A stretch of 59,644 nucleotides of DNA from Verrucomicrobiales bacterium (GTDB lineage Bacteria; Verrucomicrobiota; Verrucomicrobiia; Verrucomicrobiales; V1-33). This document shows, in pieces, positions 1 through 10,340 of the stretch. Below the pieces are notes generated by a model, which saw nothing but the letters and a program-made list of their open reading frames with translations, did not search any database and had not been told where the DNA came from. A program made the translations under genes and the position numbers. The stretch covers positions 1-59,644 of the forward strand of contig JANOAV010000024.1 of the NCBI GenBank assembly GCA_031411295.1. The letters are read 5' to 3'. The stretch's first letter is position 1; each line of letters starts with the position of its first letter.

Positions 1-87
1 AAACATCTTTCGGGGGTCTGAGTTCCTAAGCACAACAGACCACCGCGCAATTAAAAGTCAAGGCGGATTTTGTAGCTTGACAATTCC

Positions 88-136
88 AGTCCTCCACAGA
101 TCATACGTCCTTAGGACGTATGATCTGTGGAGGACT
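88..136. repeat. 49-bp near-perfect palindrome (24-bp perfect arms, 1-nt spacer)
   Basis: AGTCCTCCACAGATCATACGTCCT-T-AGGACGTATGATCTGTGGAGGACT; the arms are exact reverse complements. Confidence 0.95.
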
Positions 137-223
137 AAGAATTATCCAAAGAGATTTTGGATCCACGGGCTTATTTGGACACCACTGGTAAAGTCCGTTA
201 CAAGGCGATCCCGGACAGGAAAG

Positions 224-366
224 AGTAGCCGCCGATGTCCACGGGTTTGCCTTGGACGGCCAGGAGTTCGCTGACGATTTTTTCTTCGTTGGCGGTGAGT
301 TGCTCTGCGATGGGCTTAAAGATGGCGGCTAATTTGCTGTCGGTGGTTTGGGCAGCCAGGGCTTGG
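224..366 (-). pseudogene. Displaced duplicate of the icd 3' region (att-like direct repeat of 6614..6756)
   Basis: 143 bp colinear with 6614..6756 with 7 mismatches; translates to the identical [47 protein letters not shown]. Confidence 0.93.
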
Positions 367-492
367 CGCAGTAGAGGCGGTGTCGAGGGGCGGCTAGGAA
401 AACTTGGGAAATTTAACCAGCAGAGGCAGAAGGGAGCCTTTCGTGGCGATGGGGCTTGCGAATCGAATAAATCCGGCATCAGTTCTTGGTGA

Positions 493-3400
493 ATGGATGA
501 AGTGATTCCTACACCTTTAATAGGCGATCCGCGCCGACAAGCTCATGCCACAATTGCTGCTTTCGATTATCAATTATGGCTCACAGTGCATGCCTGGATG
601 AAGCTCAAAGATGGCGAGTGGCTATATGTGGAAGGGGCGGAGGATTTTGATGCGATTTTGGGTGATACAGCCTCAACCACTCAAGTTAAAGCTGGAAAAT
701 CTCCGCTGACTTTGAATTCGGCTGAGGTCAGAAAAGCAATTGGGGATTTCTGGCGCACCCGTGAGGCAAATCCTGATAGAGATATCAGATATGTGTTCCT
801 CACACAAGCTGCCATAACTAACGAAAAGCAACGCGCTGGGTTGGAGCCTTTACTTAATATTTGGAGACGAGGTGCTCGCTCTGAAGAGGATCTCCAAGAA
901 ATCCGTGAGACCCTCCGTGCTGATTTTGAGTTGCCGCTTTCCCTGCGGCAGTTCCTTGAAGCGTATACTTCTGAGGAAATACGCCAAAAGCTAATTTTAA
1001 AAATTACTTGGTCCACGGAAAGCTCTGATACCCAGACCGTTGAGCGTCTGGTCGAAGAAGCACTGGTATTGCATGGTGAAAAGTTGGGAGTCACGCCTTC
1101 ATCGGCAAAGAAAGTGGCGCCAAGCCTTTTGCAGGAGGTGACGAAGGCCGCCAGAACTAAGGAGGCCGCGCCACTGCACCGTGCAGGTCTACTTGAACTT
1201 TTCGAATCTTTAACCAAGCCTGATGTAAGCATTGGAGAGATGCAGGCGCTGAGGATTGCTCTAGCTAGGCGGCAGCCAACGTTACACGAAAATCCTCAAG
1301 CAGAAATATCCATTGCAAGAATCCGAAGAGGTCCGCCCCCTCTGGGCAGGCAGATATGCAAACGCGCGAGTGTAGTTGGGAGTTACGCATCTCTGGTAAG
1401 GACGCTTTCCACAATTTGCATCCACGGTTCCACAGGGATGGGGAAAACAACAATCGCCAATTTAACGCTTCGCAATCTAGGAGGAAATTGGCTTTGGTGG
1501 ACAGGCCGCAAGGTTGATGGAGATGGGCTGAGGTTCGCTCTCAGGGCCTTGCGGCACGAGATTGATTCAATCGAAGGAATTGACGGAATTGTTTTGGACG
1601 ATGTCGATTTCTCTGTATCGAATGCCAGTTGTATTGAAGAAGAACTGGCAGACCTCGTGTTCCAGGCATCCTGTCGATGCCTAATGATCGTGATCACTTC
1701 ACAAAGGCCCCCTTCCTTACGGCTGTATCCAACTCTTAATTTGCAAGCAGGAAGTGTTTGTGAGGTGAAATCGCTATCCCCTTCGGATGTGGTCGAAATG
1801 GCATCGTCTTTGGGCTGTGTTAACGTGGATTCAATTAGCAAGTTTGGTTCGGTGATAATTAGCACCACTGCGGGCCACCCTCAACTTGTTCACGCTCAAT
1901 TGTTGGCATTGCAGCGCGAAAGTTGGAGCGACACGTCGTTAAAGCGCTTATGCTCTCTTAAAGCTGCTACAGGACAGATCCAAGCTGAAGCGAGGGCTTT
2001 GATAAATGATTTGCCAAAGAATGAGTGTCAAATGCTGGCTCGCCTGAGCATAGTTCGGTGTCCGTTCACTAGAACCCATGCACTCCGTTTAAGCGAGGAA
2101 GAGCCTGAAATCGCTGATGCTGGATTCTGCCTTGATCTGCTAATTGGACCCTGGGTGGAATCGCTGCATGAGGGATATTTTCGTGTCTCTCCTCTCGTAG
2201 AGGAAATGGGGACTGCCATGCTTTCGCCAACGATGCTGCATCGCCTCCACTCTGGTATTGTTGCAGCCCTTTGGTCGCCTAAGATGAAAGATTTTGAGGT
2301 CGCCGCCGCCCTAAATCACGCTTGGAGCGCTAAAAATGCCTTCTGGCTCGCCCGTATATCCGCATCTTTTTCTGGGCAACCCAAAGACGTCTTGAAGGCG
2401 ATGGCTCCCCAGTTGCATTGGTTTATTTTGGAAGCACTGGGTGCCAAAGATGTTCTGTCTAATGTTCCCGGGGTAAGCTTGATGCTTCGAGTTCTTCAAT
2501 TCCGCCTTGCAGCGGCATGGGTCCCTAAAATCGCTGGAATTGTTTTTCTCCGAATCGAGCAGGAATACGCAAAAATTCCACAGGGGGAGTTGCGTGATGA
2601 AGCCTCATTGATGGTCGGTTCGTTGCCTTGGATGTGCTCGGAACAGACTGTCGATGCAGGAACAATGATTCGGTGTTTAAGCTATGTCCAGAAGGCCAAC
2701 CAGCGGAATACGAGCGAGTTCAAATCCTTACAAAATGAACAGCAAGAAGGGGATGACCACAGAAAATGGCCAATAAGTTCAGCCCGTGATTTGGGGTTTC
2801 TCACCTCATTCTGGTGTTCGAGTGTCAAGCAGCTTGCAGAATGGATTGATGCACTTGAATCAACCACAGCGGAAGCTCGTAAACTTTGGTATACCGGAAT
2901 CTCGAAGACGGATACGACAGTAAACCTTTTAGTGGAGCGCGCCTGGCTCCATGAATCGGATGAACCAACTCCAAACTGGGATCAGGCTCTCGATGTTTTA
3001 GGGCGATTAGCGGTCTTAGCAACAAAATTTGAATGGCCTAAGCTTCGTGTTGCGTCAATCGTTGGACAGGCGGTGATTCTTCAAGAATACCTGTCAAAAC
3101 TTGATGATGCCGAGCAGTTGATTCAAAGTGAGTTAACTTTGTCAGGCTTTTCGAATCCTTATCTCTTAGATCGGCTTGCAAGGCTCGCTGGAGAACGGGG
3201 TGATTCAAATGCAGCTTTGAATCTTTGGCGCAAAGTCATAGCAAATTGGGCCACCGATGATACGGAATTCACGTCAAGGAAAGCTTTTGTTTACATTCAA
3301 TCAGCCAGAGAAGCAGGCCGAGTTGAAGATTTCTCTGCTGCCGCGGCATTTTTGGAGGACGCCTCAACTGAACTCGGCTTGCAAGGGCAGAAGGATTTAC

Positions 3401-4521
3401 TGATAGGAGTTAAAGCTGATCTTGGATTTGTATATTTTCGCCAAAATATTCTGTCGAAAGCCTTCGAGAACTGGGTGGCGGCATTAACGTTAATTGAGAA
3501 ACGTGATTTGGATTCGGATGAGTTGCACGCATTTGCCGTCCGCAAAGCTGTCGGGCATATTATCACATGGGTCTTTGGCACTGTGTGGTCGAAAGGAAGC
3601 CCTTTAAGTGAGCCTTCAATAGGCTTCGCTAGTGGAATCAATCCTGATTTGAAGATGCGAGATCTTGGTGAGACTGACTGGTCTATCGTGTGGCTCAACC
3701 TTATAGGTATTGGAATCGAATTTGGCGAAGGCCGTGCAATGACAGAAGCGATGATGCCTCGTTTGCTAGCTTCCAAATCTCTAAAGGTTCTTGCTCTGGC
3801 TCTGATGATGGAGGTTCACTCTTGCCTGGCCTATGGCACACTCCAGGATTTTCCAGAAAAGTTACAGGCTTGGAATTCTGCGTTGAGTGCAGCCGCAGTG
3901 GAGGCTAGAAAATCAGGTTCATTTTCTGGTCCAGAGCCCGAGGCAGGTGATTCTGAGGATCTCTACAAAAATGGTATCCTTGCAGCACTCCTCATATTTT
4001 TTGCAGACGGAGCTTCGCCTGCATGGATTCTAGGAGAATGGCAGAAGAGTTTGTCCAAGTTGTCTGCGGATACAGGCGGTCGCTTGCTCAAATGGATTGA
4101 TGAGATTTCGATTTGCTTGAACCTTCCAACGCGGGACGCTGTCGGTAGAATGGCTGTCGAGGTGTGTTATTTCACTCGTGGCATTTTAGCTCTCCGACTC
4201 TGTTGTGAAGATCAGCTTCCGCCCTCGGATACAGCACTCACCCAGTATCGACTCTTGATAACAATGAACTCAGATCCTGCCTTCCGCCGAAGAACAGCAT
4301 CGAAACTAGCCGCTTTAATCATTAAACCATGGCGTAAGCATATCAAAAACCCTGCTCTTCTTTCCCTGCCAAGTGAAACAGTTCCACGTCTCCTTGCCGC
4401 TATAGACTCCAGTGAAAAGGGGTTCGCCAAAGCTCGGTCAGTCGTGCTGGCAGGAATAAGGGCGGCAGGATTGAGCTTTGACAACTCCCTAGCAGAACAG
4501 CTCAATCGAATTAAAGAATGA
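493..4521 (+). CDS. Avs/NLR-like protein: N-terminal Cap4-like PD-(D/E)xK nuclease, STAND P-loop NTPase, C-terminal helical (TPR-like) region
   Basis: 1342 aa; AFDYQ...EGAEDFD...QVK nuclease-type motifs; Walker A GSTGMGKT; Walker B GIVLDD; IVITSQ sensor-like segment; GHP (GxP) motif; long helical C-terminus. Confidence 0.72.
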   Translation: MDEVIPTPLIGDPRRQAHATIAAFDYQLWLTVHAWMKLKDGEWLYVEGAEDFDAILGDTASTTQVKAGKSPLTLNSAEVRKAIGDFWRTREANPDRDIRYVFLTQAAITNEKQRAGLEPLLNIWRRGARSEEDLQEIRETLRADFELPLSLRQFLEAYTSEEIRQKLILKITWSTESSDTQTVERLVEEALVLHGEKLGVTPSSAKKVAPSLLQEVTKAARTKEAAPLHRAGLLELFESLTKPDVSIGEMQALRIALARRQPTLHENPQAEISIARIRRGPPPLGRQICKRASVVGSYASLVRTLSTICIHGSTGMGKTTIANLTLRNLGGNWLWWTGRKVDGDGLRFALRALRHEIDSIEGIDGIVLDDVDFSVSNASCIEEELADLVFQASCRCLMIVITSQRPPSLRLYPTLNLQAGSVCEVKSLSPSDVVEMASSLGCVNVDSISKFGSVIISTTAGHPQLVHAQLLALQRESWSDTSLKRLCSLKAATGQIQAEARALINDLPKNECQMLARLSIVRCPFTRTHALRLSEEEPEIADAGFCLDLLIGPWVESLHEGYFRVSPLVEEMGTAMLSPTMLHRLHSGIVAALWSPKMKDFEVAAALNHAWSAKNAFWLARISASFSGQPKDVLKAMAPQLHWFILEALGAKDVLSNVPGVSLMLRVLQFRLAAAWVPKIAGIVFLRIEQEYAKIPQGELRDEASLMVGSLPWMCSEQTVDAGTMIRCLSYVQKANQRNTSEFKSLQNEQQEGDDHRKWPISSARDLGFLTSFWCSSVKQLAEWIDALESTTAEARKLWYTGISKTDTTVNLLVERAWLHESDEPTPNWDQALDVLGRLAVLATKFEWPKLRVASIVGQAVILQEYLSKLDDAEQLIQSELTLSGFSNPYLLDRLARLAGERGDSNAALNLWRKVIANWATDDTEFTSRKAFVYIQSAREAGRVEDFSAAAAFLEDASTELGLQGQKDLLIGVKADLGFVYFRQNILSKAFENWVAALTLIEKRDLDSDELHAFAVRKAVGHIITWVFGTVWSKGSPLSEPSIGFASGINPDLKMRDLGETDWSIVWLNLIGIGIEFGEGRAMTEAMMPRLLASKSLKVLALALMMEVHSCLAYGTLQDFPEKLQAWNSALSAAAVEARKSGSFSGPEPEAGDSEDLYKNGILAALLIFFADGASPAWILGEWQKSLSKLSADTGGRLLKWIDEISICLNLPTRDAVGRMAVEVCYFTRGILALRLCCEDQLPPSDTALTQYRLLITMNSDPAFRRRTASKLAALIIKPWRKHIKNPALLSLPSETVPRLLAAIDSSEKGFAKARSVVLAGIRAAGLSFDNSLAEQLNRIKE

Positions 4522-4809
4522 AACGCAGAACTACTTTGCTCCCACAGCCTTGGGCAGCCTTTTATAGGGAATCGAGGAGAGCGCATTGACAAGCTCAAGC
4601 GCAGTTTTCCGGCCCCAGGGTAGGATGAGATCCCTTTGACTGCTGGCCTTAGACACGGGCTTTTTGCAGCACTGGGTTGAGCGCTGCGATTTTTCCGGCG
4701 ACGTCCGAGTAGCGGTTTTCATGAAGGCTAGAATAACGGAACAGGCGTCTGGGAGCAAGCTTAAATGCCAGTTGAATAATCGGGCAATCTGGCTGGTATT
4801 GCGTCACCA

Positions 4810-5760
4810 CTAAACATCCTGAATCTCAAATTCAATCGGTTCTCCATAGATGAATCGTCTTCTAATTCGTCTGGCACCAGTCAGTAACTGAGGGAGACTG
4901 TGAAGAATCTCGGCCTCAAACTCGTCGCAAACAGCCACGCCAAGCAAGGTGGAGTAGGTTACGTGGACTTTCGCATGCGCTGACAAAAATTGCGGACAGA
5001 TAAATTTGACGCACACTTCGCACCCTGGAGACAAAACTGGGTCTACCTCATAATCCTTCCTTTCTCCGTCAATCAACGCGAAGCAGACCACAGAAAATGC
5101 AGGTGCGGCACCCGTATTCTTAAAGCGAACCGAAATAATCGTTCTTCCGTCCCCCACCTGATTGCTGTCATGGTTTACGGTCAACAATGGAAATTCATTG
5201 CGCTGAATCGCAGCGATGAGTTGCTGCGGAAGCACCCGCTTCTTAAGCTTGGCCGTTAATGCAGACTTCAAATCCACGACGTTGCTGAAGGTGTGATACC
5301 AATTGCTGGTCTCTGAATCCTTTTGAAGGTTCTTGTGTTCTTCCAGGAAATTGAAAAGTCCGTAATCCTTCTTGTCCAAGACCCAAGAAAATTTTGGGTC
5401 CAGATTCTTGTTTCGACGCCAATGTGTGAAGTCGGCCTCAAGGCGGTCTCGAACGAAGACCAGTGTGGGAATCTTGTTATTCTGCGCGTGGCGATATTCA
5501 AGATGCGTGGCGGAAATGTCCTCATAGCCCGCCTTCCCAAGGCTTGGTCCGTAGCGTTGGTCTAGAATCAGTAAAAACAGGTCACTGGCAGCCACGTTGA
5601 TGAGGCAGCACTCGATGGAATTCACATCAGGAACCACTTGGAAGCTGGAGAGCTTATCGTCAGAAAGCAGTGGCGTCAGCCCCATCGCCCGCAGGTGTTC
5701 GGCCACTTCGGATCGGAGATCCAGAAGGTCATAAACTGTGGAACTGATAAAGATTTTCAT
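4810..5760 (-). CDS. DUF4062 domain protein with beta-rich C-terminal domain
   Basis: 316 aa; KIFISSTVYDL..LR, LILDQRYG and SATHLEY match the DUF4062 pattern. Confidence 0.85.
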   Translation of the reverse strand: MKIFISSTVYDLLDLRSEVAEHLRAMGLTPLLSDDKLSSFQVVPDVNSIECCLINVAASDLFLLILDQRYGPSLGKAGYEDISATHLEYRHAQNNKIPTLVFVRDRLEADFTHWRRNKNLDPKFSWVLDKKDYGLFNFLEEHKNLQKDSETSNWYHTFSNVVDLKSALTAKLKKRVLPQQLIAAIQRNEFPLLTVNHDSNQVGDGRTIISVRFKNTGAAPAFSVVCFALIDGERKDYEVDPVLSPGCEVCVKFICPQFLSAHAKVHVTYSTLLGVAVCDEFEAEILHSLPQLLTGARRIRRRFIYGEPIEFEIQDV

Positions 5761-5841
5761 GATTCAAGTGGGATTGATACCCCGATCCACCTGAATGCAT
5801 AGGGAAACTTGTTTGTTCGAGCCGTTGTGAAACAAGCGCCA

Positions 5842-6531
5842 TCACTCCTTCGGGGGATTCCTTCGATGCTGGGACCGTATTCGGTAGAGGCGTTCTGTGA
5901 AACCGCCTTCTTCCGTGAACGCTGCGGCTTGGGCTGCTATTTGGCGGTCTAGGAGATAGCAGGCCAGGTTTAACAGGGATAGGGCGGCGTTGGCGGCTAG
6001 GGTGTCCAGGGTTGGGGCTTTTGGGGACTTGTATGGTGGGGACACGGACGGACAGGGACCTTCAGGGACGGACACAGACTCAGGGGTGTCCTTGTTGGTC
6101 GGTGTCTGTCGTTGTTCGTCCGTGTTCTGTCCTTCTTTATACTCCGCAGCTACCCAAGCCCTAACGTGGTCCAAGGTCTGGCATCTGCGCTGCTTGAAGC
6201 GCATGAGCGCTGGATGGTGCGGTGGCCATTCCGGCAAGCGGCGGTGGCGCAGGTAGTCTTCGTAGTCCAAGCGCAGTTCTTCCAGGCTGGCGCGGGCTAC
6301 GTTGGTTAGTTTAACCTCCATTTTCTTGGAAGTTCCGCTGGCTTGGCTGCCTTCTGCTATATTTTGCACGCCGCTTCGCGCAGCCTGCACCATCTGATCA
6401 TGGGTGCGGCTGCGTTTATCGATGAATTTCTCACAGAAAAGGACGGTTAAGTCATAGGCCAACTGGGCTACTTGGAAACTTTTCAAGTTCCGGTAGCCAC
6501 CGTGTTGCGGGATGAGGTTGTCATCCGCCAT
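5842..6531 (-). CDS. Four helix bundle protein with suffix domain (TIGR04258-like)
   Basis: PQHGGYRNLKSFQ, RTHDQMVQAARSGVQNIAEGS and EEGGFTERLY motifs; starts 5 bp after the icd stop. Confidence 0.9.
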   Translation of the reverse strand: MADDNLIPQHGGYRNLKSFQVAQLAYDLTVLFCEKFIDKRSRTHDQMVQAARSGVQNIAEGSQASGTSKKMEVKLTNVARASLEELRLDYEDYLRHRRLPEWPPHHPALMRFKQRRCQTLDHVRAWVAAEYKEGQNTDEQRQTPTNKDTPESVSVPEGPCPSVSPPYKSPKAPTLDTLAANAALSLLNLACYLLDRQIAAQAAAFTEEGGFTERLYRIRSQHRRNPPKE

Positions 6532-6536
6532 GACGG

Positions 6537-8804
<2,268 letters not shown>

Positions 8805-8891
8805 TTAGGCTGCGTTACGACAGGGTTTTCGAACGGTCAAGTTTCGGACGAAAAGAAAGGAACGGCGCCACTGCAAATTTCGCGCCAATGC

Positions 8892-10340
8892 CTAAGCCAG
8901 AATCCCGTTTACAATCTCTCCTTCAACATTCGTCAGGCGACGGTTGATTCCGTTATGGTAGAAGGTCAATTTCTTGTGATCCAAGCCAAGTAAATGAAGG
9001 ATCGTGGCGTGCAGATCGGGAATGTGAACTTCGTTTTCAGCCACCCCGTAGCCGACCTCGTCAGACTTTCCGTAGCGGATGCCTGGCTTCACACCGGCTC
9101 CTGCCAGAAAACAGGTAAACACAGCGGGATGGTGGTCGCGTCCGGTCGAATTCAGGCCCTGCGTGACCGGACTGCGGCCGAACTCAGTCGTCCAGACAAA
9201 AAGCGTGTCCTCGAAAAGCCCGCGTTGCTTCAGATCCTTGATCAGCGCAGCCACGGGGCGATCCATGGTAGCGGCCTGGGTATCGTGATTTTCCTTCATG
9301 TTTTCGTGGCCGTCCCAATTAATTCGCGGGCTGCCGAAGGCCCCGCCATTCTGAATTTGCACGAAACGCACGCCACGCTCTAACAGACGTCGGGCCATCA
9401 GGCAGTTCCGCGAGAAACCTTTGTTGGTGGGATCGTCAATGCCGTAGAGCTGCTTGATGTGCTCGGGTTCGCCATCCAAATTCGTGGCTTCGGGAATACT
9501 CGTTTGCATGCGGGCGGCCAGCTCGTAGGAACGCAAGCGGGCGGCAAACGCTTGATCTCCGGGGTTGGCAGAGGCGAAACTTCGGTTCATTCCCGCCAGC
9601 AAACTCATATCAGCTTCACGTGCTGCGGGAGTGATGCTAGCAGGCGTCTGGAGGTCGGCTATGGGTTCGGCGGCATGGGTGCGAAAGGCCACACCTTGAT
9701 GATTCACTGGCAGGAAACCAGATGTCCAGTTGATGGAACCACCTGCCAACAACCCACGTGGATCCGGCAGGACCACGAAGGCCGGCAGGTTCTCATTTTC
9801 AGTGCCCAGGCCATAACTGAGCCACGCCCCCATGCTGGGAAAGCCATTGAGCGTAAATCCACTATTCATTTGGAAGGCGGCCGGGGTGTGATTGTTACTC
9901 TTGGCGACCATCGAATTGATGAAACAGAGGTCATCCACACAGCTCGCCAAATGAGGCAGGAGACTGCTCACCCAAGCGCCCGATTGACCATGCTGCTTGA
10001 AATCGTAAATGCTCTTCATCAGCTTCCCTGGCTGTCCGAAGAAGCCCAGGTTCTCCGACTTGCCTTCCAGTGATTTCCCATGCAACCGCTCCAGCTCGGG
10101 TTTGTAGTCGAACGTTTCCAAGTGACTAACGCCACCAGCGCAGAAAATCTGCACCACGCGCTTGGCCTTGGGTGGAAAATGCGGCTCTAGCTTCGATCCC
10201 ACGCTGGTGGCTGCGCGGGCGCGATCCTGCCCCATGAGCCAGGCCAGCGCAACACCGCCCAATCCTCCACCTGTATGCCAAAGAAAATGCCGTCGCGAAA
10301 AGGGCACGCTGGATGCATGGGGATCATTTAACATAAACAA
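8892..10340 (-). CDS. DUF1501 domain protein (Tat-exported)
   Basis: SRRHFL Tat motif; GGVSHLETFDYKP, ARRLLERGVRFVQ, EFGRSP, GRDHH. Confidence 0.93.
   Translation of the reverse strand: MFMLNDPHASSVPFSRRHFLWHTGGGLGGVALAWLMGQDRARAATSVGSKLEPHFPPKAKRVVQIFCAGGVSHLETFDYKPELERLHGKSLEGKSENLGFFGQPGKLMKSIYDFKQHGQSGAWVSSLLPHLASCVDDLCFINSMVAKSNNHTPAAFQMNSGFTLNGFPSMGAWLSYGLGTENENLPAFVVLPDPRGLLAGGSINWTSGFLPVNHQGVAFRTHAAEPIADLQTPASITPAAREADMSLLAGMNRSFASANPGDQAFAARLRSYELAARMQTSIPEATNLDGEPEHIKQLYGIDDPTNKGFSRNCLMARRLLERGVRFVQIQNGGAFGSPRINWDGHENMKENHDTQAATMDRPVAALIKDLKQRGLFEDTLFVWTTEFGRSPVTQGLNSTGRDHHPAVFTCFLAGAGVKPGIRYGKSDEVGYGVAENEVHIPDLHATILHLLGLDHKKLTFYHNGINRRLTNVEGEIVNGILA

Larger units (their letters stand above)
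367..6536. mobile_element. Putative genomic islet at the icd 3' end (no integrase inside)
   Basis: Bounded by icd and its displaced copy; cargo is visibly AT-richer and defence-like. Confidence 0.6.

Noticed and set aside
77..274. 65-aa ORF
   Set aside because: Spans the palindrome and the antisense icd fragment; no protein-like features
198..479. 93-aa ORF containing IDH sequence
   Set aside because: Chimeric frame running through the duplicated icd fragment; flanks look non-coding
4531..4758. Small minus-strand ORF between the NLR-like and DUF4062 genes
   Set aside because: No recognisable motif; cannot be supported, though a small accessory protein is not excluded
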